A stretch of DNA of 64,000 bases from Myxococcota bacterium (lineage in GTDB: Bacteria; Myxococcota_A; UBA9160; UBA4427): assembly GCA_050618075.1 (NCBI GenBank), contig JBNLVL010000026.1, positions 58,558 to 122,557 of the forward strand, written 5' to 3'. Below are positions 1 to 7,618 of this stretch, piece after piece. Below the pieces are notes generated by a model, which saw nothing but the letters and a program-made list of their open reading frames with translations, was not told the DNA's origin and searched no databases. The translations under genes were made by a program, and so were the position numbers. Numbering within the stretch: the first letter of the stretch is position 1; the number at the start of each line of letters is the position of its first letter.

Positions 1-4
1 CCCC

Positions 5-1540
5 ATGAACACGGCAACGAAGCTCGCCGGCATCGAGCTCGAGGACTGGCAGGGTCGACGGGAGACCCTGGGACATCTGTGGCGCGATCGAACGGTGGTG
101 CTGGTCTTCATCCGCCACTTCGGCTGACTGTTCTGCCGAGAGCAAGTCGCGCAGTTGCGCGACCACATCGACGCGATCCGCGAACGAGGGGCCGAGCTGG
201 TCATCGTCGGCAACGGCGCCCGGCACTTCGCGGCGGCCTTCCGAGAGGACTTCGAGCTCGACACGCCGCTGTTCGTCGACCCCGAGCTGCGGGCCTACCG
301 CGCCGCGGGGCTGCGCCGGGGCCGGGTCGAGATCCTGTCGCCGCGGGTTCCGCTCAATGCGTTCCGCGCCCTGCGCAAGGGGTTCGTGCAGCAGTCGGTC
401 GAAGGCGATCCGTGGCAGCTGGGAGGGGTCTTCGTGATCCGTCCCGGGGGCTCGCTCCGGTATCGCTACGTCAGCCGGGAGGCCGGCGATCATCCGCCCG
501 TGGCCGACGTGCTCGCGGCGCTGGGAGAGGAGACACCGGAGGTGGTGGAAGGGGAGAATCCGTCGGCTGCACAGGTGTGGGTCGGAGAGCTGCTGGGCCG
601 CCTGGTCGACCCCTTCATCGTGTCTTCCTTCGACCGCACCGGCTTCCGGATCCACTCGCTCACGTTCCAGCCGGACGACCTGGACGTCGACCTCTCGGGC
701 CGGCGCTGCCTGGTCACCGGCGCGAACTCGGGCATCGGCTTCGAGACGGCGCTGGGCCTGGCGGATCTCGGGGCGGAGGTGGTCCTTTTGTGCCGCAGCC
801 TCGAACGCGGCGAGGAGGCGGCGGCGCGCATCCGGGAGCAGACGGGCAACGCGCGGGTGACGGTCGAGCGGGTCGACCTGTCGGACCTCGACTCGGTCCG
901 GGAGGCCGCGGCGCGCCTGGCAGCGGGTCCCGTGGACGTGCTGGTCCACAACGCCGGCGTGCTCCCCGACCAGCGGGTCGAGACGGCGGACGGCCTGGAG
1001 CTGACCTTCGCGACCCACGTCGTCGGTCCGTTCCTGCTGACGCGGCTCCTCGAGGAGGCGCTCGGCCGGTCGGAGGACGCGCGTGTGGTCTGGGTCTCGT
1101 CGGGCGGCATGTACACCCGGAAGCTCGACCTCGCCGACCCCGGCTGGACCGATCGCGAGTACGACGGCGTCACGGCCTACGCCGAGACCAAGCGCGCCCA
1201 GGTCGTCCTGGCCGAGCTGTTCGCCGAAGCCCTGGGCGGTCGGGGGGTGGCCGTGTACGCCATGCATCCGGGCTGGGCCGACACCCCGGCCGTCGCCTCC
1301 TCGCTGCCGCGCTTCCATCGACTCACCCGCAGCATCCTGCGGACACCGGCCGAGGGGGCGGACACGGTCATCTGGCTGGCCGCGTGTTCGAGCCCGCGCC
1401 CCGAGACCGGCGCGTTCTTCTTCGACCGGCGGCCCCGCCGCACCCATCTCCTTCCCTGGACCCGGGAGTCGGAGGCCGAGCGCCGCAAGCTCTGGGCGCT
1501 GTGCGAGGAGCGGATCTCGGAGCCGGGCCATGGCCGCTGA
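5..1540 (+). CDS. Candidate selenoprotein: Prx-like2 (AhpC/TSA_2-type) thiol-redox domain with UxxC motif fused to a classical short-chain dehydrogenase/reductase; TGA 125-127 read as Sec
   Basis: ATG at 5 is in the same frame as track ORF 155..1540. The only interruption is TGA 125-127, which aligns with the first Cys of the paralog motif FLRHFGCIFCR (gene 2478..3020); here it reads FIRHFG-TGA-LFCR. The C-terminal half has SDR motifs VTGANSGIG and YAETK. The body 155..1540 is secure; read-through of the TGA is inferred. Confidence 0.7.
137..170 (+). promoter_or_regulatory. SECIS-like hairpin downstream of the in-frame UGA
   Basis: Perfect 7-bp stem GTCGCGC (146-152) / GCGCGAC (157-163) with 4-nt loop AGTT containing GU, starting 18 nt after the TGA. 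A possible 3-bp lower helix pairs 137-139 with 168-170. Confidence 0.5.
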
Positions 1541-2468
1541 GGCGGGCGCCGGCTCGCGGCGAGCCCACGGGCCGGCCCGCGCCCGTCGCTTCCGGCTCCC
1601 CGTCGGCCTGGCTCTCGCGGTCCTGTGCCTGGCCCCGCCGGCCCGGGGCGAGCTCCTGGCCCGGGCCGACGCGGCCTGGGCCGACCGGGCCCTGGGCGCC
1701 CGGGACGGTGTCGCGCTTCCAGGACCCGTCGGCGAGGCGATCGAGGCCTACGAAGCCGCGCGCGCCGCGCGCCCGCAGGCGCTCGAGCCCGAATGGAAGC
1801 TGCTGCGCGCCCTCCACTTCGCGGCGGCCTTCACGTCGCCGCAGGAGTCCGAGGCGGCCGAGCTCCATGCGCGGGCGACCCGGGTGGCGGAGCAGGCGAT
1901 GGAGCGTCTGGCCCGCCGGGTCGGCTCGGGTACGCGCCTGGACCGGCTCGACCCCGGGCAGGTCGAGGCCCGGATCGAGGGCACCGGGGTGACACCGCGC
2001 GATGTGGCCCGGCTCCACTTCTGGGCCGCGATCCACTGGGGGGCCTGGAGCCGGACGGTGGGTCTCGTCTCCGCGGTGCGCCGGGGCGTCGCCAGTCGGC
2101 TCCACCGCTACACCACCCTCGCCGTCTCCCTCGAGCCCGGCTATGAAGAAGGGGGCGCCCTGCGACTCCTGGGACGGCTCCACTCCGAGCTGCCGAGGGT
2201 CCCGTTCCTGACCGGCTGGGTCGACCGCGACCGGGCGATCCCGCTGCTCGCGAGGGCGCTCGAGCTGGCGCCGCAGCATCCGGGGAATCGACTGCTCATG
2301 GGACTGACCCTGCTGGACCTCGAGCCCGAGCGAAGCCGCGAAGCCTGGGAGCTGATCGGCGAGGTCGCGCGCGGGGAGCCGCGGCCCTCGATGCGGATCG
2401 AAGATCTCGCCCTGCGGCGCGCGGCCCGGGACCTGCTGGCCCAGGCGCCCGAGGCGGGCCGCTCGTGA
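1530..2468 (+). CDS. Secreted TPR-like / TatT-family-like helical repeat protein (hypothetical)
   Basis: ATG 1530 overlaps the upstream stop (ATGGCCGCTGA). The N-terminus RRFRLPVGLALAVLCLAPPARG looks like a signal peptide. The Ala/Leu-rich helical body (GGALRLLGRLHSELP...ARALELAP) resembles TatT/TPR proteins by recall. Confidence 0.7.
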   Translation: MAAEAGAGSRRAHGPARARRFRLPVGLALAVLCLAPPARGELLARADAAWADRALGARDGVALPGPVGEAIEAYEAARAARPQALEPEWKLLRALHFAAAFTSPQESEAAELHARATRVAEQAMERLARRVGSGTRLDRLDPGQVEARIEGTGVTPRDVARLHFWAAIHWGAWSRTVGLVSAVRRGVASRLHRYTTLAVSLEPGYEEGGALRLLGRLHSELPRVPFLTGWVDRDRAIPLLARALELAPQHPGNRLLMGLTLLDLEPERSREAWELIGEVARGEPRPSMRIEDLALRRAARDLLAQAPEAGRS

Positions 2469-2477
2469 GCAGGCACC

Positions 2478-3020
2478 TTGAAGCCCGGTGAGCGCATTGC
2501 CGACGACCTGCTGGCGCGACCCGTCAACGGTCTGAACCTGGTCCCCGGAACCCTGGGCGACCAGCTCGGCCAGGAGCTGAGCCTGCTGGTCTTCCTGCGG
2601 CACTTCGGCTGCATCTTCTGCCGCGAGACCCTGGCCGACATGCGCGCGGTGGCGGAGAGCGACGCTCGCTTCCCCAGGCCGCTCTTCTTCTTCCAGGGCA
2701 GCGCGACCGAGGGCAGGGCGTTCCTGCGCCGGTACTGGCCGTCCCTGCGCGCGGTCGCCGACCCCGAGGCCGAGATCTACGAGGCGTTCGGGATCGCCCG
2801 TGGCCACGTGGTCCAGATGCTCCGGCCGGCGGTGTGGTCGGCCCGGTCCCGGGCCGAGGCGAAGGGGCACCGCAACGGGGAGCGCAGCGGCGACATCTGG
2901 CGCATGCCCGGCGTCTACCTCGCCCGCGGACCCGAGATCGTGTGGGCCCACGAGTACCGGCACGTCGCCGACCACCCGGACTACGGCGTCATCTGCGAGC
3001 TGGCGGCCGAGGCGTCCTGA
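2478..3020 (+). CDS. Prx-like2 (AhpC/TSA_2-type) thiol-disulfide oxidoreductase, Cys version (CxxC)
   Basis: 180-aa ORF with motif VFLRHFGCIFCRE. TTG start lies 9 nt after the upstream stop. It is a paralog of the N-terminal domain of gene 5..1540. Confidence 0.85.
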   Translation: MKPGERIADDLLARPVNGLNLVPGTLGDQLGQELSLLVFLRHFGCIFCRETLADMRAVAESDARFPRPLFFFQGSATEGRAFLRRYWPSLRAVADPEAEIYEAFGIARGHVVQMLRPAVWSARSRAEAKGHRNGERSGDIWRMPGVYLARGPEIVWAHEYRHVADHPDYGVICELAAEAS

Positions 3021-3038
3021 GCCGGGCTTCGCGCGCCC

Positions 3039-3971
3039 TCACTCCTCGATGAACACGCGGACTTCGTCCACGCGGTCGCGGGGCACGGCCATCACGTTGT
3101 AGCTGTAGAGGTCGGGTCGCGGGCGGTGGGGAACCAGGCGACCCTCTTCGATGATGAAGAGGACGTAGCCGTAGCCCTCGAGCTCGGCGGCGAGCTCGGC
3201 GCACGAGAAGTCGAAGATCTGCTGGCGGGTCTCCTCGAACTCGACCATGAGGATCGGTGGGTTCGCGCCCCCGAGCAGGGACTTCGCGCCCTGGAACACC
3301 GCGTGCTCCGCGCCTTCCACGTCCATCTTGATGAGGTCGACCTTCTCGATGCCGTGCTCCCGGAGGTAGTCGTCCAGGGGGATGCAGCGCACGTCGTGGA
3401 CCTGTCCGGAGAAGCGCCGAGGCTCGCGCAGGGAGTTGGAGCCGATGTCGTTGATCTTGGAGATGTAGAACTGCAGGGTGCCGGGCTCGCCGGCCAGGGC
3501 CATCTGGTTGGTGGTGATGTTGCGCAGTCCGTTGCGCTCGATGTTCGAGCGCAGCCAGCGGTAGGTCTCCGGATCGGGCTCGAAGGCGTGGACGGCGCCG
3601 GTGTCGCCCACCTGCTCGCTTCCCACCAGCGCGTACTGCCCGATGTGGGCTCCGATGTCGATGAAGGTCATGCCGGGCTTCAGCAGGCTCTGGACCAGCC
3701 GCACTTCGTCGGGCTCGTAGTAGCCGAAGCGGATGATCTTGCCTCCCACGTGGTCGTGGAGGTGCACCTTCACCTTCATGCCGTTTCCCAGCCGGGTCAT
3801 GACCGGGATCCGGTACTGCACGATGTCGGCGACGTAGTCGATCAGCCAGTGGCGGCGGTCGAGGATGTTTCGGCCCAGGAGCAGGGAGATCCGGCACCAC
3901 AGCCACAGAAACGCCCGTGTGAGGGGAGGGAAGCGCTTCGCGAGCGCGATGATGGGATCGGAGCGGTTCAT
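3039..3971 (-). CDS. FkbM-family SAM-dependent methyltransferase
   Basis: 310-aa ORF with FIDIGAHIGQY, AFEPDPETY and DLIKMDVEGAE motifs, typical of FkbM methyltransferases. Confidence 0.9.
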   Translation of the reverse strand: MNRSDPIIALAKRFPPLTRAFLWLWCRISLLLGRNILDRRHWLIDYVADIVQYRIPVMTRLGNGMKVKVHLHDHVGGKIIRFGYYEPDEVRLVQSLLKPGMTFIDIGAHIGQYALVGSEQVGDTGAVHAFEPDPETYRWLRSNIERNGLRNITTNQMALAGEPGTLQFYISKINDIGSNSLREPRRFSGQVHDVRCIPLDDYLREHGIEKVDLIKMDVEGAEHAVFQGAKSLLGGANPPILMVEFEETRQQIFDFSCAELAAELEGYGYVLFIIEEGRLVPHRPRPDLYSYNVMAVPRDRVDEVRVFIEE

Positions 3972-4019
3972 GGGACCTCGAGTGAGTCACGAACGACTCG
4001 CGCGGCCCCGAGCGGGCGG

Positions 4020-5120
4020 TCAGCTCGGTCCGTCCTCCCGCCCCGAGGCCGTCACCGGACCCGACCCGGGCTCGTCGATGCGCTCGAGCCAATTCTCGCG
4101 GAAATACGAGTAGATTGCACGGGGGCAGGCGATGCGTCCCCGATCGCTGAAGCGCGACGGGCAGACTCCGCCCTCGAGGATGATGCACGGATTGGAGAAC
4201 TGCATCATGCGCCCGGTCTTCTCGTTGATGATCTGGTCCACCGAGGAGTGGACCACCATCTCCTGGCCGCAGTAGTTCACCATCTCCCAGTCGAACCGCA
4301 TGCCGCGGTTCTTCTGGCGGGCATCGATGGTCTTCTCGATCTCCGCCAGGCTCTTCACACGCACGCGCTCGCCCGGCTGGAGGCCCAGCACTTCCTTGGG
4401 GGTGCGGCCTTTTACCCGGCCCCGGATCACCGGGTAGGGCACTCCGCCCCACAGCTTCTGGACCTGGTTGTAGAGGCCGATCAGCAGCCGGTAGCCGATG
4501 TGCTGGATGGTGTTGGAGACGAACCGGAAGAAGAGGGCGTTCGCGAGCTCGCCCGCGGACACGTTGCCCGAGCGGAGGTCGCGCCAGTAGGGCCGCGGGT
4601 CCCGGGGGTCGACCGGGAAGCTCGCCTCGACGAGCTGGGTGGCCTGGCAGGAGTAACAGGTCTCCCCCTCGTGGTCGACGTGCGAGGTCGCCTGGAACAG
4701 GCGCTCCTCGCTGCAGCCGGCCCCGCCGGACACCGTGGCCCCCGCCGTCCGCCCGCTGCCCGCGTCGGATGCGCGCTTCAGCCAGGCCTCCTTCCAGAAC
4801 AGCAGGCACTCCGCCTGGCAGCCGCCGTGGTGCTGGCCGCTGCAACGCAGGTCCTCGAGGTGCACGGTGTCTTCCATGCGCCGGGCGCCGCTGTGGTCCA
4901 CGGTGTCGCAGGTCTTGTGGGCGCTGGCGCGGACCCGGAACTGCCGGCCGCAGTGCTCGAGCATCTCGGGCATGAACGGTTGGGCGTCCAGCCGGCCGTC
5001 GGCATCGAGGGTGGAGAGGATCTCCTCCCGGCTTCGCACCTCGACGAGCTCGCCCGCGCGCAGTCCCAGGGAGCGGGGGATGCCCGCTCCGGATCCAGTC
5101 GACATCTCGGAATCTCCCAT
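4020..5120 (-). CDS. Cys-rich hypothetical protein with an internally duplicated module
   Basis: 366-aa ORF with protein-like composition. The N- and C-terminal ~110-aa modules align to each other: LRAGELVEVRSREEILSTLDA...CG...FWKEAWLKR versus LQPGERVRVKSLAEIEKTIDA...CG...YFRENWLERI. Confidence 0.8.
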   Translation of the reverse strand: MGDSEMSTGSGAGIPRSLGLRAGELVEVRSREEILSTLDADGRLDAQPFMPEMLEHCGRQFRVRASAHKTCDTVDHSGARRMEDTVHLEDLRCSGQHHGGCQAECLLFWKEAWLKRASDAGSGRTAGATVSGGAGCSEERLFQATSHVDHEGETCYSCQATQLVEASFPVDPRDPRPYWRDLRSGNVSAGELANALFFRFVSNTIQHIGYRLLIGLYNQVQKLWGGVPYPVIRGRVKGRTPKEVLGLQPGERVRVKSLAEIEKTIDARQKNRGMRFDWEMVNYCGQEMVVHSSVDQIINEKTGRMMQFSNPCIILEGGVCPSRFSDRGRIACPRAIYSYFRENWLERIDEPGSGPVTASGREDGPS

Positions 5121-5282
5121 CCTCGGACTCTCCCGCGGGTTCGCGTTCCTGCGGAGCAGGAGGTCCGGGGTCCATGGCCTTCATCGGTCCGCCCGCTGTC
5201 GGACTTCACGTCCCGCCCGGCCCCGGGCCTTCCCGGGGCTCGGCCCTCGGGGGCGCTTGCGCGCCGGGCCGGTGCTTCGCTC

Positions 5283-6251
5283 TCAGCCCGGCCGCAGCCG
5301 CCGGACCAGCGGCCCCAGCATCACCCGCAGCGACCAGTCGTAGTCGGTCCAGAGGGACCGCCGGTGGCGCCAGGCCCAGTCCAGCATGATCCGGTGGCAG
5401 GCCCTCCGCTGGTCGGATCGCAGCGGCACCTTGGCGATCGATCGCAGGTACTCGAACAGCTGCCGGTGGAAGGGGAAGGCCAGCCGGGTCTTCTGTTGCG
5501 TGTTCATCCACAGCTGACGCTCGTGGCGCGAGGGGTGCGAGCGGATCGATCGGTCGGCGTGGTCGCGGCGATAGAAGAGGATCTCCGGGAGTCGGCGGAA
5601 CGGGCCCCGCAGACCCATCTCGGCCAGGAGCACCCGGTCGGAGTCGGGATACAGCCCGTGGGCTCCGGTGGCGCGCAGCGCGCTGGTCCGGAACAGCCCC
5701 ATCACCGGCTCCAGCCGGTAGTCCATGCGGATGAGGCTCCGGAAGCGCGCCACCGGGTCCGGGTTCTCGCAGTCCACCCGCCGCTCCGTGGCCTCGATCG
5801 CGGCCCCGCTCTCGTCGATCACCTGGATCGCCGTGTAGCAGATCACGACATCGGGCTCGGCGTCGAGCACCGCGACGCACTTCTCGATGAAGGTGGGCGC
5901 GCGGATGTCGTCGTCGGCCGCCCAGAAGAAGAACTCGCCGGTGGCCAGCGAGAAGCTCTTGGCGTGGTTGCCGAAGACCCCGAGGTTGGTGGGGTTCCGG
6001 TGATACCGGACGCGGCGATCGCGGGCCTCGTAGCCGCGGCAGATCTCCTCGGTCCGGTCGGTCGAGCCGTTGTCGCAGATGATCAGCTCGAAGTCCTGGA
6101 AGCTCTGGCCCAGCAGCGAGTCGATCGACTCGACGATGTAGCGCTCGCCGTTGTAGACGGGCAGCCCGATGGATACGCGGGGGGCGGCGGCGTCCCGGCG
6201 CTTCTTCCGCGGCTTCCGCCGCCCTGCTTCCGGGCTCGTCTCCAGGGTCAT
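5283..6251 (-). CDS. Family 2 glycosyltransferase
   Basis: Trimmed from track ORF 5283..6647 to ATG 6251 (MTLETS...). Motifs VSIGLPVYNGERYI, ICDNGSTD and WAADDD are typical of GT2. The upstream in-frame stretch is Arg/Pro-rich junk. Confidence 0.9.
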   Translation of the reverse strand: MTLETSPEAGRRKPRKKRRDAAAPRVSIGLPVYNGERYIVESIDSLLGQSFQDFELIICDNGSTDRTEEICRGYEARDRRVRYHRNPTNLGVFGNHAKSFSLATGEFFFWAADDDIRAPTFIEKCVAVLDAEPDVVICYTAIQVIDESGAAIEATERRVDCENPDPVARFRSLIRMDYRLEPVMGLFRTSALRATGAHGLYPDSDRVLLAEMGLRGPFRRLPEILFYRRDHADRSIRSHPSRHERQLWMNTQQKTRLAFPFHRQLFEYLRSIAKVPLRSDQRRACHRIMLDWAWRHRRSLWTDYDWSLRVMLGPLVRRLRPG

Positions 6252-6496
6252 CTCCGCTCTCCAATGTCCGCGCCGGCCCTCGCTCCGGGCCGAGGTCGAA
6301 AGTAGCTCGCGCCGCGGCCGGTCCCCAGCGACGGCACCGGCCCGATGGGCGCATCGGCCGACCGGAGGGCCCGCTTGAGGCGGCGGGATCCGATCGCTCG
6401 GGCCGGATCGGCTACCGTCCGAATGGGGGACGGGATCTGTGGGTCGCCGCCAGCGGCTGGAAGGTGCGCCCGAATCCGACGCCTCGACGCGCAGAC

Positions 6497-6670
6497 GAGA
6501 TCCCGGGCGAGATCCCGCGCAAGGTCCCGCGCGAGAGCGCGGGCGGAGTGGACGAGTGGGCGGAGTGGACGAGTGGGCGAGTAGGCGGAGTGGACGAGTA
6601 GGCGGAGTGGTCGAGTGGTCGAGTGGACGAGTGGTCGGAGTGGGCAAGAGGGTGAGAGGGCGAGGGGGGA
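6497..6670. repeat. Two abutting tandem-repeat arrays in a divergent intergenic region
   Basis: The first array is 12-nt x4 (GAGATCCCGGGC, GAGATCCCGCGC, AAGGTCCCGCGC, GAGAGCGCGGGC) at 6497-6544. The second is a 17-nt unit GGAGTGGACGAGTGGGC (exact copies at 6545-6561 and 6562-6578) that degenerates into GAGTGGNC octamers up to 6670, 7 nt before GTG 6677. Confidence 0.9.
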
Positions 6671-6676
6671 TGGGCT

Positions 6677-7618
6677 GTGAGCGCCAGTGAGGAGAGGCCG
6701 GCCGGCCCGGACGCGGGGGGGCAGCCGGCCGGCGCCACGGTGCTCGTGACCGGAGGCAGCGGATTCCTCGGCTCGAGCCTGTGCCGGCGGCTGGCGCACG
6801 ACGGAGCCGACGTGCACGCCACCTCGCGCAGCGCCCGGACGGGCCCGCCCACCTGGTGGCAGCCCGATCTGGAGGACATCGAGGGCGTCCGCGCGCTCTT
6901 CTCGAGCATCCGCCCCGAGGTCGTCTACCACTTCGCGGGTCACGTCACCGCGGCGCCCGACCGCGACCTGGTCCTGCCCCTCTACCACAGTCTCCTCACC
7001 AGCACCGTCAACGTGATGCTGGCCGCCTGTGAGATCGGCTGTCGCAGGGTGGTGCTGGCCGGCTCCCTCACCGAGCCTGCGAACCCCGGCGACGTCCCGG
7101 CCTCCCCCTACGCCGCCGCCAAGTTCGCCTGCAACGGCTACGCGAAGATGTTCCACGCCATCTACGACCTGTCGGTGGTCATCACGCGTCCGTTCATGGC
7201 CTACGGACCCGGCCAGAACCCCGGAAAGGTCGTTCCCTACGTGGCGGCGGCGCTGTTGCGCGGAGAGACGCCCACGCTGTCGTCGGGGCGCCTGGAGTCC
7301 GACTGGATCTACATCGACGACGTGACCGACGGGCTCGTGCGCGCGGGCTTCGTCGGCGGAGTCGGCGGCCTGGAGATCGACCTGGGGACCGGGACGCTCG
7401 TCTCCCTGCGAACCGTGATCGAGAAGCTGGCGGCCCAGATCGGCGGGCCCGCGTCCCCGGAGTTCGGCTCCCGGACCGAGCGGCCGCTGGAGCGTTCCCG
7501 GGTCGCCCGGCTGGACGAGGCGACGCGCCTGCTCGGGGGCTGGCGCCCCCGGGTCGATCTGGACGAGGGCCTGCGGCGCACGATCGAGGCCCTGCGCGAG
7601 CAGGGGGCCGGCCGATGA
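6677..7618 (+). CDS. NAD-dependent epimerase/dehydratase (extended SDR)
   Basis: 313-aa ORF with VLVTGGSGFLGS Rossmann motif and YAAAK catalytic motif. GTG start. Confidence 0.9.
   Translation: MSASEERPAGPDAGGQPAGATVLVTGGSGFLGSSLCRRLAHDGADVHATSRSARTGPPTWWQPDLEDIEGVRALFSSIRPEVVYHFAGHVTAAPDRDLVLPLYHSLLTSTVNVMLAACEIGCRRVVLAGSLTEPANPGDVPASPYAAAKFACNGYAKMFHAIYDLSVVITRPFMAYGPGQNPGKVVPYVAAALLRGETPTLSSGRLESDWIYIDDVTDGLVRAGFVGGVGGLEIDLGTGTLVSLRTVIEKLAAQIGGPASPEFGSRTERPLERSRVARLDEATRLLGGWRPRVDLDEGLRRTIEALREQGAGR

Noticed and set aside
6252-6647. N-terminal extension of the GT2 gene back to ATG 6647, giving a Pro/Thr-rich repeat (STPPTRPL x3).
   Set aside because: The PT-repeat is just the reverse-strand reading of the 17-nt DNA tandem repeat. 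The connecting ~90 codons are Arg/Gly/Pro junk. A good ATG (6251) sits right before the conserved GT2 N-terminus.
6497-6670. CRISPR array, considered for the tandem repeat regions (also 47736-47795 and 62191-62250).
   Set aside because: The repeats are directly abutting 8-17-nt units with no unique spacers, and no cas genes are present. They are simple tandem repeats, not CRISPR.
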